64,000 bases of DNA from Candidatus Dormiibacterota bacterium (GTDB taxonomy: Bacteria > Chloroflexota > Dormibacteria > Aeolococcales > Aeolococcaceae), in the NCBI GenBank assembly GCA_963718525.1, contig OY970355.1, forward strand, positions 2,944,001-3,008,000, read 5' to 3'. Position 1 is the first letter of the stretch, and every line of letters begins with the position of its first letter. The notes under the pieces are model-generated. The model was not told where the DNA came from, did not search any database, and was given only the letters and a program-made list of their open reading frames with translations. This document shows positions 50,721 through 60,800 of the stretch, in pieces. A program made the position numbers and the translations under genes.

Positions 50721-51461
50721 CTAGCTCAGCAGTCGGCCGAAGAAATCGAACACGAGCCGCCAGCCCTGGGCCGCAGCCTCAACCCGGTAGCTGGGACGAT
50801 CGGCGGCGAAGAAGCCGTGCCCAGCGTTGTCGAAGGTGTGGAAATCGTGCTCCTTGCCCAGCCGGGTGAGTTCGGCATCGATCTGCGCGACCTGGTCCGG
50901 CGACGGGTTCTTGTCCTCAACACCGAAGAGCCCAAGGATCGGGCACGAGATCTTTGGCGCGCGGTCGATGACTGGTTCCATCCGGTACGGCAGCTCCGGC
51001 GGTGAGGGGCTGACCACGAAGGCCCCATAGCAGTCCACCGCTGCATCGATCGGGAGCTCGCACGCGGCGAGAAACGACTGACGGCCCCCCGAGCAGTACC
51101 CGATCGTGCCGATCTTGCCATTGCTCACGGGGAGCGCCCGCATGAAGCGCAACGCACCCCCGGCGTCGCCGAGAAACTGGTCCGTGGTGATCCAGCCACC
51201 GGCCCGCGCCGCTGCGGCGGCGTCATCCGCGGAGAGATCCGGCCCGAAGCGGTGATAGAGATTCGGGCAGAGCGCGATGTACCCGTGGTGCGCGAACCGC
51301 CGAGTGATCTCCTTGGTGGCGGCGTCCCACCCGGGCGCGTGGTGGATCACCAGCACTCCGGGGTACGGCCCCGGACCCAGCGGCCGGGCAAGATAGGCGG
51401 CGATTTCGTCGTCGCCGTTACCCGTGATCGTCACAGTTTCGGCGAGCATTCCTTCGTACAC
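50721..51461 (-). CDS. Dienelactone hydrolase family protein
   Basis: GYCSGG nucleophile, GVED, AGHGF. Confidence 0.92.
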   Translation of the reverse strand: MYEGMLAETVTITGNGDDEIAAYLARPLGPGPYPGVLVIHHAPGWDAATKEITRRFAHHGYIALCPNLYHRFGPDLSADDAAAAARAGGWITTDQFLGDAGGALRFMRALPVSNGKIGTIGYCSGGRQSFLAACELPIDAAVDCYGAFVVSPSPPELPYRMEPVIDRAPKISCPILGLFGVEDKNPSPDQVAQIDAELTRLGKEHDFHTFDNAGHGFFAADRPSYRVEAAAQGWRLVFDFFGRLLS

Positions 51462-51598
51462 GGCGTTCCTCCAGTCAGCGATGGGCGGAGGCGACCGTAT
51501 CGAATCAGGACATCGTCAGGCGTCTCGAACAGCGCCCGCCCTTGACCGCGGCCCCCGCCGGGCTGACCCAGCCCGCCCCCGCCGGAGGCCTCGACGCG

Positions 51599-51961
51599 CT
51601 AGCTCGGCAGAGACAGGCGGTCGCCGACCTGAACCCCCGCCGCGGCCAGGCTGCCGGGCGGAAGCTCTATACAGGACTTGGCCTTTCTCACCACACGCGT
51701 GACCCGCCAGGGGCGCAGCGAATGGTAGATCCGGACCACCACACCGTCCTTGTCGAGGAAGACCGCGTCGACCGACATCCTCATGAAGAACATGTGGATG
51801 GAGCTGCACGGACGCAGGCAGAGTCCCGCGTCAGCAGCGAGCTCGCGGCGGCCCATCAGACCCATGAATCGCTGCCAGGGAGTGTCTGCCATCGACACCG
51901 CACGGGCCACGGTGGTGCCGGTCGATGTCGTCAGGCGGAAACTTCGCTGCGTCGTGGACAT
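51599..51961 (-). CDS. DUF192 domain protein
   Basis: ADTPWQRFMGLMGR, IHMFFMRMSVDAVFLD, IELPPG. Confidence 0.88.
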   Translation of the reverse strand: MSTTQRSFRLTTSTGTTVARAVSMADTPWQRFMGLMGRRELAADAGLCLRPCSSIHMFFMRMSVDAVFLDKDGVVVRIYHSLRPWRVTRVVRKAKSCIELPPGSLAAAGVQVGDRLSLPS

Positions 51962-52005
51962 GACCGGGATCCTACCGGGCGATCGCCGGCGCGCTGCGAT
52001 CGTCG

Positions 52006-53110
52006 CTAGGTCGTCGCTCGGCCGTCAGGGATGGTGACTCGGACCTCGGTGCCGAGCCCCAGACCGCTGCGCACCTGAACACGCCCGCCGACGAGTGCAG
52101 CCCGCTCGCGCATCTGGATCAGACCCAGTCCGGCGGTGCGTCCCAGGCGTGCGTCGGTGGCACCGACGTCGAAGCCGTCGCCGTCGTCCTTGACCACACC
52201 AACCACCAGTCGCGGCAGGAACGAGAGGATCGCGTCCACCCGCTGAGGCCGCCCGTGCGCCAGGGCGTTGTCGAGAGCCTGCTCGAGGATCCGGTACATC
52301 GTGATCTCGGCGAGCGTTGGCATCCGGCGTTCGGAGCCGAGGATGTGGAGCAGCACGGTGCCTCGCTCACCCCAGGCGGCGAGCAGATCCCGGATGGCTC
52401 CGACGAGGCCTCGATCCTCGCTCAGCGGCAGCAATCCGGCGATCACCTCGCCGAGCTGTTCCGACGCTTCAGACGCGGCGGTTCGGCACCGCGAGCTCGC
52501 GCCGATCGCCGTGGCCGGTTCGCGGACGAGGCTCCTGCCGATGAGCTCGGCCTCGAGGGCCGCATCGGCAAGGCGCTGCATGGGTCCCTCGAGGATGAGT
52601 TCGCGCGGTCTCCGCATGCTCCACATCCGCGATCTCGTAGATCTGGCGCGCCGCCTGGCTGTAGCGGCTCGCTCGCTGGTTCGGATCGGCGACCGACTGG
52701 CCGGGAACCTGGGCGAGCTGGCGGCTCATCTTGCGAAGCACGGCCTGCTCCGCCATGACGTCACCGAGTTGGATGCGGATCCCGTCAGATCGAGTTTCAA
52801 GGCGGGTGAGCTCGGTGCTCATCTCGAGGCCTTCGGCAAAGGTCGCGGCGATGTCGGGCACGATCGCCGGTGAGGCCAGCCCCGGGAGCACCTCGAGCGC
52901 CTTCTGCCGGGACTCCTCCGAGCGGCGCAGCTTGATGAGCAGATTGGCGCGCCGGGCGCCGACGTCGATCAGCTGACGCTCGAGGTCCACCGCGAGCTCG
53001 TCGAGATCAGCGGCTCGCGCATCGAGGTGAAAGCGCAGTCCGACGAGTGGGGCGCCGGCGACCCGGACATCGATATGACCCGACGTCGTGGCTCGCGGCG
53101 CGGTTCTCAC
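52006..53110 (-). CDS. DegS-like cytoplasmic histidine-kinase-like protein, apparent +1 frameshift at ~52600, phospho-His replaced
   Basis: Coiled-coil N-terminus; corrected H-box ARLILEGPMQ; ALDNALAHG, DDGDGFD, GLGLIQMRERA. Confidence 0.75.
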
Positions 53111-53117
53111 TCCGCGA

Positions 53118-53822
53118 TTATCGCCGGACGATGAACCGAAGACGCACCAGGTCGTAGAGAGTGCCAATGGAGTCGCGCATCGCACTCACACGGGAGTCCT
53201 CCTTGTGCTCCCATCGGACCGGCACCTCCGCCACCGTCCAGCCGAGCCTTCGAGCCCTGAGCAGCACCTCGGCATCGAACCCAAAGCGCAGCGTTCGGAG
53301 TGGGGTGAAGCACGCCACCGCCGCCTCGGCGGTGAATGCCTTGAAGCCACACTGGGTGTCATGCAGTCCACGAAGCGCGGCCAGACGGAGCAACCGGTTG
53401 TACGTGCGCCCCATCACCTCCCGCCGTCCCGGCTGATGGACGTCGATCTGCGACCCCGGGAGGGCGCGCGACGCGATGGCCACTGCGCAAGTCCCCTGCA
53501 GTCGCGCGCGCAAGCGCTCAACCTCCTCGATCGGCGTGCTCAGATCGGCGTCGCTGAAGACACGATGCTCTCCCATGGCACGGAGCATGCCCAGACGTAC
53601 CGCCGCACCCTTGCCGGTGTTGCGCTCGAGCGCGTGGACCTGTAACTGCGGCCAGCCTTCCGCGATGGCGCGCGACATCGCGAGGGTGTTGTCACTGCTG
53701 CCGTCGTCCACGATCAGCACCTCGTAGGGCTCGTCTCGCGAGTCCAGGTAGGAGCGCATCCGCTCCAGCGTTGCCGGCAGGCGCTGCTCCTCGTTGTAGG
53801 CAGGAACGATGATGCTGAGCAT
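53118..53822 (-). CDS. Glycosyltransferase family 2 (polyprenol-phosphate glycosyltransferase-like)
   Basis: IIVPAYNEE, VDDGSSD, GKGAAV, DADLS, DTQCGFK. Confidence 0.92.
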   Translation of the reverse strand: MLSIIVPAYNEEQRLPATLERMRSYLDSRDEPYEVLIVDDGSSDNTLAMSRAIAEGWPQLQVHALERNTGKGAAVRLGMLRAMGEHRVFSDADLSTPIEEVERLRARLQGTCAVAIASRALPGSQIDVHQPGRREVMGRTYNRLLRLAALRGLHDTQCGFKAFTAEAAVACFTPLRTLRFGFDAEVLLRARRLGWTVAEVPVRWEHKEDSRVSAMRDSIGTLYDLVRLRFIVRR

Positions 53823-53829
53823 CGGCCGA

Positions 53830-54603
53830 TCAGCGAGCGGCTCGATGGGCTGCGGCCTCGCGGCGCTCGAGCCACCAGAAGACCGGGAGCACCGACTGCC
53901 GCCGCAAGCGCCACGGCTGGATGGCGAGCCGCCACGCCCACTCGAGGCCGATGCGGCGGACGGCCGAAGGCGCGCGGCGCACCCTGCCTGCGAGGAAATC
54001 GAGAGTGCCGCCGACGCCGATCCCCGACGCGGCCCCGATGGGGACCAGGTATCGATCCAGGAAGAGTTCCTGCCGGCCGGCGCCGAACGCTGCCAGCACC
54101 ATCTCGGGACGCGATTGCTCGACCTCATGCGCCGTCGCCCTTCCCGGTGGCCCGTCACTCACCGCCACGACCTGCAACCGCGGGTGCATCGCCACCATGC
54201 GATCGCGCGCGGCACCAGCGACGCCCGGCGCTCCCCCGACCAGAGCGATGCGGTGAGCGTGGCGTTCCGCCATCGGGAGGTACGCGCCGATGAGGTCGGC
54301 GCCGCCGATGCGCTCCACCTCCGGATGGCCGCGGCGGCGCAGTGCGCGCACCAGGCCGATGCCATCCGGTACCACGAGGGCTGCGGACTCGAGCGCTGAG
54401 CTGAACGGCTGACTGCGCCGCGCCATCATCACCATCTCGGGGTTGAGGGTGACCACCACACCCGGATGCGCCGTCTCGCCCGCCCGGCGTCGCTCCACGA
54501 TCTCAACGAGTGTTTGCACGGCGGTCGCCATGTCGACGATGTCAACCGGGCACCCGAGCACACGAGCCCGCACCGTCGTTCGCGTGGCGCGCCGGACGTC
54601 CAC
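53830..54603 (-). CDS. WecB/TagA/CpsF family glycosyltransferase
   Basis: TLNPE, PDGIG, RIGGADL, GAGRQE, GVGG, RAP, GLEW. Confidence 0.92.
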   Translation of the reverse strand: MDVRRATRTTVRARVLGCPVDIVDMATAVQTLVEIVERRRAGETAHPGVVVTLNPEMVMMARRSQPFSSALESAALVVPDGIGLVRALRRRGHPEVERIGGADLIGAYLPMAERHAHRIALVGGAPGVAGAARDRMVAMHPRLQVVAVSDGPPGRATAHEVEQSRPEMVLAAFGAGRQELFLDRYLVPIGAASGIGVGGTLDFLAGRVRRAPSAVRRIGLEWAWRLAIQPWRLRRQSVLPVFWWLERREAAAHRAAR

Positions 54604-54604
54604 C

Positions 54605-55006
54605 CTACCGCTTGGTGTACTGCGGCGCCTTCCGTGCTCGCTTCAGACCGTACTTCTTGCGCTCTTTCTCACGCGAATCGCGGGTGAGCAGCCCCGCCGT
54701 CTTGAGCACCGCGCGCAGCTCTGGATCGGCGGCGATCAGTGCGCGAGCGATCCCGTGGCACACGGCACCCGCCTGCCCTGCGATACCCCCACCGAAGACC
54801 TTGACCGAGACCTCGAAGCGTCCGGTCGTGTCGGTGACGCGCAAGGGCTGCGTGACCACGGTCTCGAGGTCACGGCGTCCGAAATACTCGCTGGGTGGTC
54901 GGTTGTTGACGACGATGACGCCGTCGCCGGGGACGATGCGCACGCGCGCGACGGCCGTCTTGCGACGGCCGGTGGCCTGCTTGTATGCCTCAACTGGTGC
55001 GGGCAA
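54605..55006 (-). CDS. rpsI: 30S ribosomal protein S9
   Basis: [30 protein letters not shown]. Confidence 0.97.
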   Translation of the reverse strand: MPAPVEAYKQATGRRKTAVARVRIVPGDGVIVVNNRPPSEYFGRRDLETVVTQPLRVTDTTGRFEVSVKVFGGGIAGQAGAVCHGIARALIAADPELRAVLKTAGLLTRDSREKERKKYGLKRARKAPQYTKR

Positions 55007-55463
55007 CGATGATCTCCCCTAGTTCGCCGAACGTGATCGGCTGCGGTCGCTGCGCCTCGTGTTTGTGCTCCGAGCCCGCGTAGACGCGAAGATGGGTGAG
55101 CTGCTCGGCACCGAGGGTGTTGTGCTGCAGCATTCCGCGAACGGCATGCGTGATGGGGAATGTCGCGTCCACGGCCATCGCCTCGTCGAACGTGCGCACG
55201 CGGCGTCCGCTCGGATATCCCGAGTAGCGGTCGTACTGCTTGAGGGTGCGCTTGCGTCCGGTCACCACGATGTCACGGGCATTGATCACGATGACGTGCT
55301 CACCGGTGTTGATGTGCTGCGTGAACTGCGCGCGATGCTTGCCGCGCAGGATGCGGGCGATGTTCGCTGCGAGCCGGCCGAGCGTCTGCCCCCGGGCGTC
55401 GACGAGGAACCAGCGCTGTTCGAGCTCAGCAGGCTTGGCCTGATAGGTCAGCGTGGTGGTCAT
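54990..55463 (-). CDS. rplM: 50S ribosomal protein L13
   Basis: WFLVDA..LGRLA, LRGKH, YSGYPSG, VRGML. Confidence 0.96.
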   Translation of the reverse strand: MTTTLTYQAKPAELEQRWFLVDARGQTLGRLAANIARILRGKHRAQFTQHINTGEHVIVINARDIVVTGRKRTLKQYDRYSGYPSGRRVRTFDEAMAVDATFPITHAVRGMLQHNTLGAEQLTHLRVYAGSEHKHEAQRPQPITFGELGEIIVARTS

Positions 55464-56272
55464 GCCGCGAGCTCCTGGTTGTTCGAGGGTGATTCGTAGC
55501 GCACCGACCACTGGTGCAGTCCGCGAGCCGGTGCAACGGACACCGACGGGTCACGCGTGGTGGCGGTGTCCACCAACGAGGCAAGCCACTCCGGAGCCGC
55601 CCGGCCCTGGCCGACCTTCACGAGCGCACCGGTGAACGATCGCATCATGCCGCGCAGGAATGCGTCGGCGTGCACGGTGATGACGATGGTCTCGAGGACC
55701 GGGTGGCCCTGGTGCGCTGCATCATCGCTTCCGAATGCGCCACGTTCGACGCCGACCGTCGTCACACGACGAACGGTGCTGCCACCCGGACGCGGCGAGC
55801 TCCCGAACGCGGCGAAATCGTGCCTGCCGACCAGGTGTGCGGCGGCAGCTCGCATCGCGTCGAGGTCGAGCGGACCGCGCACCGTCCACGCGGTGCGGCG
55901 CAACACTGGAGACCGGCCGTCACGGCAGACGATGAGGTAGCGATAGGTGCGGTCGACCGCGTCGCGGCGCGCATCGAAGCCGTCGGTCCGGATCGCGACG
56001 TCGCGCACCGCGAGGTCGGCGGGCAGCGTCGCGTTGAGCGCGCCTCGGAGCTCCTCCGGTGGCCAGCCTCGATCGAGCGTGCACCCCACCACCTGTCCGT
56101 GCGCATGCGCGCCGGCGTCGGTGCGTCCGGCCGCGGTGAGGGCAGGCGTCTCGGAGGTGACGGCGCGGAGCGCGTCATTGAACACGCCCATCGCGGTCCG
56201 CACGCTCGGCTGGATCTGCCAGCCGGCGAAGTCGGTGCCGTCGTACTCGAGGGTGAAGCTGTAGGTGGGCAT
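55460..56272 (-). CDS. truA: tRNA pseudouridine(38-40) synthase
   Basis: EYDGTDFAGWQ, AGRTDAGAHA, GRHDF, FLRGMMR. Confidence 0.95.
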   Translation of the reverse strand: MPTYSFTLEYDGTDFAGWQIQPSVRTAMGVFNDALRAVTSETPALTAAGRTDAGAHAHGQVVGCTLDRGWPPEELRGALNATLPADLAVRDVAIRTDGFDARRDAVDRTYRYLIVCRDGRSPVLRRTAWTVRGPLDLDAMRAAAAHLVGRHDFAAFGSSPRPGGSTVRRVTTVGVERGAFGSDDAAHQGHPVLETIVITVHADAFLRGMMRSFTGALVKVGQGRAAPEWLASLVDTATTRDPSVSVAPARGLHQWSVRYESPSNNQELAA

Positions 56273-56286
56273 GAGTCTTCGCCTGC

Positions 56287-56640
56287 CTACTCGACCAGCT
56301 CGATGATCGCCATCGGCGCGGCGTCGCTGTGCCGTGGGGGCAGCTTGACCACGCGGGTGTAGCCGCCGGGCCGCTCCTTGTAGCGCTCGAGATACGTGGA
56401 GAAGAGCTTGTTCGACACCTCGCGGTCGTTGACGTACAGCGCGACCTTGCGGCGTGCGTTGAGGTCGTCCGGCTTGGCGTCGGTGATGACACGCTCGACC
56501 CAGCGCCGCAGCTCCTTGGCTTTCGCCTCGGTGGTCGTGATCCGGCCGTAGCGCAGCAGGGAGGTCACCTGGTTGCGCGTCATCGACTGGCGATGCGCGG
56601 CGCTGCGCCCGAACTTCCGACCGGCAATACGATGTCGCAT
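56287..56640 (-). CDS. rplQ: 50S ribosomal protein L17
   Basis: MRHRIAGRKFGR, ITTTEAKAKE, RPGGYTR. Confidence 0.97.
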   Translation of the reverse strand: MRHRIAGRKFGRSAAHRQSMTRNQVTSLLRYGRITTTEAKAKELRRWVERVITDAKPDDLNARRKVALYVNDREVSNKLFSTYLERYKERPGGYTRVVKLPPRHSDAAPMAIIELVE

Positions 56641-56652
56641 GAGTGGTGCCGG

Positions 56653-57627
56653 TTACCTCGCCATCGGCTGGAAGAGCGTGTCCAGCTCTTCCGGCGTGAC
56701 CAGCTCGCGCTGCACGAGCTTCTCGCGAATCTCATCGAGCGACTTCTGACCGAAGTTGCGCAACGTCAGCAGCTCCTCCTGCTTCATCGCGACCAGCTGA
56801 CCCACCTTGGTGATGTCATTCGCCTTGAGGCAGTTGAGCGCCCGGACGCTGAGCTCGAGGTCCTCGATCGGGACATCGGCGAGGCGGCTCGGGAGGTCGT
56901 TGCCGCGCGCCTGGCGCTGCTGCGGCGCCGCCAGGTTGTCGCCGAACCGGACGAACAGGCCGAGGTGTTCAGTGAAGAGCCCGGCGGCGCGGCTCACGGC
57001 CTCGACCGGCGCCAGCGTCCCATCGGTCCACACCTCGACGACCAGCTTGTCCCATTCCGTCTCCTGACCGACGCGGGTCTTCTCGACGAAGAAGTTGGCC
57101 TTACGCACCGGGGTGAAGATGGCGTCGATCGGGATGACACCGATCGCCTGACCTTCCTTCTTGTTGCGCTCAGCGGTGACATACCCCTTGCCACGCTCGA
57201 CCATCAGGTCCATGCGGAGCTGCGCCTTTGGCGAGTCCAGGGTGGCGATGTGCTGGCCGGGGTTGCGGATCTCAATGTCGCTGGTCGTCTCGATATCGCC
57301 GGCGGTGACGTCTCGGGGGCCGTGGACGTCAAGGCTGATGCGCACCGGGTCGGCGCTGTGCGAGAGGACGTTGATCTCTTTGATGTTGAGCAGGATCTCG
57401 GTCACGTCTTCCTTGACGTTCTCGATCGAGCTGAACTCGTGGGCGATGCCTTCGATCGATACCGAGGTGATCGCGGCGCCGGGGAGCGAGGACAGGAGCA
57501 CGCGGCGAAGCGAGTTGCCGAGCGTGACACCGAATCCGGGCTCGAGCGGCTCGATTTCGAACTTGCCGTAATCGGCGCTGCTCTCGATCTCTTTGACCGC
57601 GGGGGTGGTCATCATGTCAATTGCCAT
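56653..57627 (-). CDS. rpoA: RNA polymerase alpha subunit
   Basis: EPLEPGFGVTLGNSLRRVLLSS, LELSVRALNCLK, NFGQKS. Confidence 0.98.
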   Translation of the reverse strand: MAIDMMTTPAVKEIESSADYGKFEIEPLEPGFGVTLGNSLRRVLLSSLPGAAITSVSIEGIAHEFSSIENVKEDVTEILLNIKEINVLSHSADPVRISLDVHGPRDVTAGDIETTSDIEIRNPGQHIATLDSPKAQLRMDLMVERGKGYVTAERNKKEGQAIGVIPIDAIFTPVRKANFFVEKTRVGQETEWDKLVVEVWTDGTLAPVEAVSRAAGLFTEHLGLFVRFGDNLAAPQQRQARGNDLPSRLADVPIEDLELSVRALNCLKANDITKVGQLVAMKQEELLTLRNFGQKSLDEIREKLVQRELVTPEELDTLFQPMAR

Positions 57628-57683
57628 TCAGGACTCCTCAACAGGGAACGGGGATGTAGCGCCGACCCTGGCGCGGAGCATGG

Positions 57684-58313
57684 TCATCTCGAGTACCACT
57701 CCACGATCAGCTGCTCTTCGATTTGTTGTTCCATCTCATGGCGCTCGGGTAAACGTGTGACCGTTCCCTTGAGCGCGGCGGCGTCGAGGGTCAGCCAGTC
57801 GGGGACCGACCTGCCGGACACCAGCGACTGCGCGTTTTCGAGCACGAGCATCTTCCGGCTCCGCTCGCGCACCTCGACCACATCCCCGGGACGGAGCTGC
57901 GCGGACGCGATGTTCAGCGCCCGGCCGTTGACCCTGAAGTGGCGGTGACTGACCAGCTGACGCGCCTCGCGACGCGAGCTGGCGAGCCCGAGCCGGTAGA
58001 CGACGTTGTCCAGCCGGCGCTCGAGCTGCTGGAGCAGGACCGTGCCGGTGACGCCCTCAGCACCCTCGGCGCGCTCGAAGTAGTGACGGAACTGGGTTTC
58101 CAGGACGCCGTAGATGCGCCGCGCCTTCTGCTTGGCGCGGAGTTGCAGGCCATAATCGCTGGCCTTGCGCCGGCGCGCGAGGCCGTGCTGACCCGGCAGC
58201 AAGCCGCTGCGCTTGTCGAACGTGCAGTTGGTCACGCATTTGGCGCCCTTGAGATAGAGCTTGGCGCCCTCGCGGCGGCAGAGACGGCAGACGGGACCGG
58301 CTTGATTGGCCAT
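57684..58313 (-). CDS. rpsD: 30S ribosomal protein S4
   Basis: CRLCRREG, PGQHG, LERRLDNVVYRLG, IVEWYSR. Confidence 0.97.
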   Translation of the reverse strand: MANQAGPVCRLCRREGAKLYLKGAKCVTNCTFDKRSGLLPGQHGLARRRKASDYGLQLRAKQKARRIYGVLETQFRHYFERAEGAEGVTGTVLLQQLERRLDNVVYRLGLASSRREARQLVSHRHFRVNGRALNIASAQLRPGDVVEVRERSRKMLVLENAQSLVSGRSVPDWLTLDAAALKGTVTRLPERHEMEQQIEEQLIVEWYSR

Positions 58314-58322
58314 CAACTCCGC

Positions 58323-58718
58323 CTAGACCCGGCGCCGCTTTGGCGGGCGGCATCCGTTGTGAGGAATCGGGGTGACGTCGGAGATGGCGCTCACGTCCAG
58401 CCCGCTCGCCTGGAGGCTGCGGATGGCGGCCTCGCGGCCGGCGCCAGGCCCCTTGACGAAGATCTCGATGGACTTCAGGCCGTGCTCCATAGCACGCCGA
58501 GCGGCCGCCTCTGCGGTGACCTGCGCGGCGAACGGGGTGCTCTTACGCGACCCCTTGAATCCCTGTGCACCCGCCGACCCCCAGGCGATGACGTTACCCT
58601 CCGGGTCGGTGAGGCTGACGATCGTGTTGTTGAACGTCGCCAGGACGTGGGCCTGCCCAACCGCGATGTTCTTCCGCTCGCGGCGACGGGTTCGGACGAC
58701 TTTCTTCTTCTTTGCCAC
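58323..58718 (-). CDS. rpsK: 30S ribosomal protein S11
   Basis: [34 protein letters not shown]. Confidence 0.98.
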   Translation of the reverse strand: MAKKKKVVRTRRRERKNIAVGQAHVLATFNNTIVSLTDPEGNVIAWGSAGAQGFKGSRKSTPFAAQVTAEAAARRAMEHGLKSIEIFVKGPGAGREAAIRSLQASGLDVSAISDVTPIPHNGCRPPKRRRV

Positions 58719-58721
58719 GAT

Positions 58722-59108
58722 CTACTTCGTCGCCTTCTTGCGGCGCACGCCGACGGTCTTTTTGGGGCCGCGCCGCGTGCGGGCATTGGTGCGGGTGCGC
58801 TGCCCGCGAACCGGGAGACCACGCCGATGGCGCAGGCCGCGGTAGGTGCCGATCTCGGTGAGTCGCTTGATGTTGAGGGCGATCGTCCGGCGGAGGTCGC
58901 CCTCGACCCTGCCCTGGAGCTGCTTGGCGATGACGTCGCGCAATTTGCCGACCTGCGCGTCGCTCAAGTCCTTGGTGCGCGTGTCCGCGGGCACGCCGGC
59001 GAGCGACAGCATTCGCTTTGCAGTCGTCGCGCCAATCCCGTAGATGTACGTCAGGGCAATCTCGATCCGCTTGTCCCTGGGGACGTCAACGCCGGCGATA
59101 CGTGCCAT
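58722..59108 (-). CDS. rpsM: 30S ribosomal protein S13
   Basis: [33 protein letters not shown]. Confidence 0.98.
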   Translation of the reverse strand: MARIAGVDVPRDKRIEIALTYIYGIGATTAKRMLSLAGVPADTRTKDLSDAQVGKLRDVIAKQLQGRVEGDLRRTIALNIKRLTEIGTYRGLRHRRGLPVRGQRTRTNARTRRGPKKTVGVRRKKATK

Positions 59109-59117
59109 TGCTCGCCG

Positions 59118-59231
59118 TTACCCCTGACGCTGCTTGTGTTTCGGGTTCTCGCAGATCACTCTGACTGCCCCGTGGCGCTTGATGATCTTGCAGTGATCAC
59201 ACAGGCGCTTGACCGATGCTCTGACCTTCAT
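59118..59231 (-). CDS. rpmJ: 50S ribosomal protein L36 (not in ORF track)
   Basis: [37 protein letters not shown]. Confidence 0.97.
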   Translation of the reverse strand: MKVRASVKRLCDHCKIIKRHGAVRVICENPKHKQRQG

Positions 59232-59377
59232 CCTGGTGGCGAATTCCTCTTGGTTGGCGGCGTAGGGAGCCGATGGCAATGTGCTCGATGCGTCCCGGGG
59301 CGATCCGTGACGCTGGTGCCGGCGGTACCCCGTTGCGTGCGCGCCGAACCAGGCTCATGCGAGAGCCCGAGGTGATG

Positions 59378-59407
59378 AGTATAAACCGCGTTCGAGCCGC
59401 CAGGCAA
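59378..59407 (-). promoter_or_regulatory. Sigma70-type promoter for rpmJ-rpsM-rpsK-rpsD-rpoA
   Basis: TTGCCT-N18-TATACT in the map-rpmJ intergenic region. Confidence 0.6.
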
Positions 59408-59418
59408 ATCGGGGGGGC

Positions 59419-60213
59419 TCACGCCTTGACTTCCGCCAGGACCGGGTCGGGCCGCAGGGTCAGCACCTCGGGGCCGGACTCGGTGATCGCGACCGTGTGC
59501 TCGAAGTAGCAGGAGAGCTTGCCGTCGGACGTCACCACGGTCCAGTCGTCGTCGAGGACGCGGGTCTCCGGGCGACCGACGTTGACCATCGGCTCGATGG
59601 CGATGACATAGCCGGGCTTGATGAGATTGCCCGTTCCCGAACGGCCGTAGTTCGGTATCTGGGGGAGCTCGTGCATGTCCCGTCCGATCCCGTGGCCGAC
59701 GTACTGGCGGACGACGGAGTACCCCTTGAACTCGACGTACTTCTGCACGGCGGCGCCGATGTCACCGATGTGATTGCCCGGTCGGGCCGCTGCGATGCCC
59801 AGGTTGAGCGCCTCGCGGGTGGTGTCGATCAGGCGGCGCACCTCGGGCGAGCCCTCGCCGCACGCGACCGAGAGGCCGCTGTCGGCCCACCAGCCGTCAC
59901 GTATCAGTCCGCAGTCGAGCGAGACGAGGTCACCGTCCTCGATGACCTGGGGGCCCGGAATGCCGTGAACGACCTGCTCGTTGATCGAGACGCACAGCGA
60001 GTTCGGGAATCCCTCGAACCCGAGGAAGCCCGGGATGCAGTTGTGGTCGCGGATGAATGTCTCGGCCTCGCGGTCGAGATCGAGTGTGGTGATCCCGGCG
60101 CGTACCGAGCCGGCAAGCTGGGCGAGGCAGGCTCCGAGGATCTTTCCGGACGCCCGCATCTTCTCGATCTCATCAGGACGCTTCAAACGGAAGCTGACTG
60201 TCTGCATGTTCAT
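59419..60213 (-). CDS. map: Methionine aminopeptidase type I
   Basis: SINEQVVHGIP, DCG...DSG, GHGIG..MHE, IEPMV, FEHTV. Confidence 0.96.
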   Translation of the reverse strand: MNMQTVSFRLKRPDEIEKMRASGKILGACLAQLAGSVRAGITTLDLDREAETFIRDHNCIPGFLGFEGFPNSLCVSINEQVVHGIPGPQVIEDGDLVSLDCGLIRDGWWADSGLSVACGEGSPEVRRLIDTTREALNLGIAAARPGNHIGDIGAAVQKYVEFKGYSVVRQYVGHGIGRDMHELPQIPNYGRSGTGNLIKPGYVIAIEPMVNVGRPETRVLDDDWTVVTSDGKLSCYFEHTVAITESGPEVLTLRPDPVLAEVKA

Positions 60214-60800
60214 GCCGTCTCCACCATGACACCGTTGCGCTTGAGAGCTTCGATGATGCGTTCGGTAATCGCGTCGATGTCACCGACACCGTCGATCGCA
60301 ACGATCGACGTGCCGGCCACGCGATAGTGCTCGAGGACCGGCGCGGTGTCCTGGCGATACACGACCAGGCGCTGAGCGAGGCCTTCGATGGTGTCGTCGC
60401 TGCGCCCCTCGGTATTCGCGCGCTTGAGGATGCGCCGACGTAGCTCGTCCTCGGGCACTTCCAGCGAGATCACCTCAGCCACGCGATCGTTGCGCTTCTC
60501 GAGCATGGCGTCCAGTGCGACGGCCTGGGGCACCGTGCGGGGAAAGCCGTCGAGGAGCGCTCCGTTCTTCGCGTCCGGCTGGTTCAGGCGGTTCTCGATC
60601 ATGCGGATGACCAGTTCATCGGGGACGAGCCCACCGGAGTCCATGATCGGTTTCGCCTCGCGCCCGAGCTCGGTGCCCTGCACCACCTCGTCGCGCAGCA
60701 TGTCTCCCGCCGCGATGTGCGGGATGCCGAGGCGCACGGCGACCCGCGATGCCTGGGTGCCCTTGCCGCTGCCGGGTGGGCCGAACATCAAGGCGATCAT
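60210..60800 (-). CDS. adk: Adenylate kinase (short LID)
   Basis: GPPGSGKGTQA, GDMLR, LVPD, LDGFPRT, RSDD. Confidence 0.96.
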   Translation of the reverse strand: MIALMFGPPGSGKGTQASRVAVRLGIPHIAAGDMLRDEVVQGTELGREAKPIMDSGGLVPDELVIRMIENRLNQPDAKNGALLDGFPRTVPQAVALDAMLEKRNDRVAEVISLEVPEDELRRRILKRANTEGRSDDTIEGLAQRLVVYRQDTAPVLEHYRVAGTSIVAIDGVGDIDAITERIIEALKRNGVMVETA

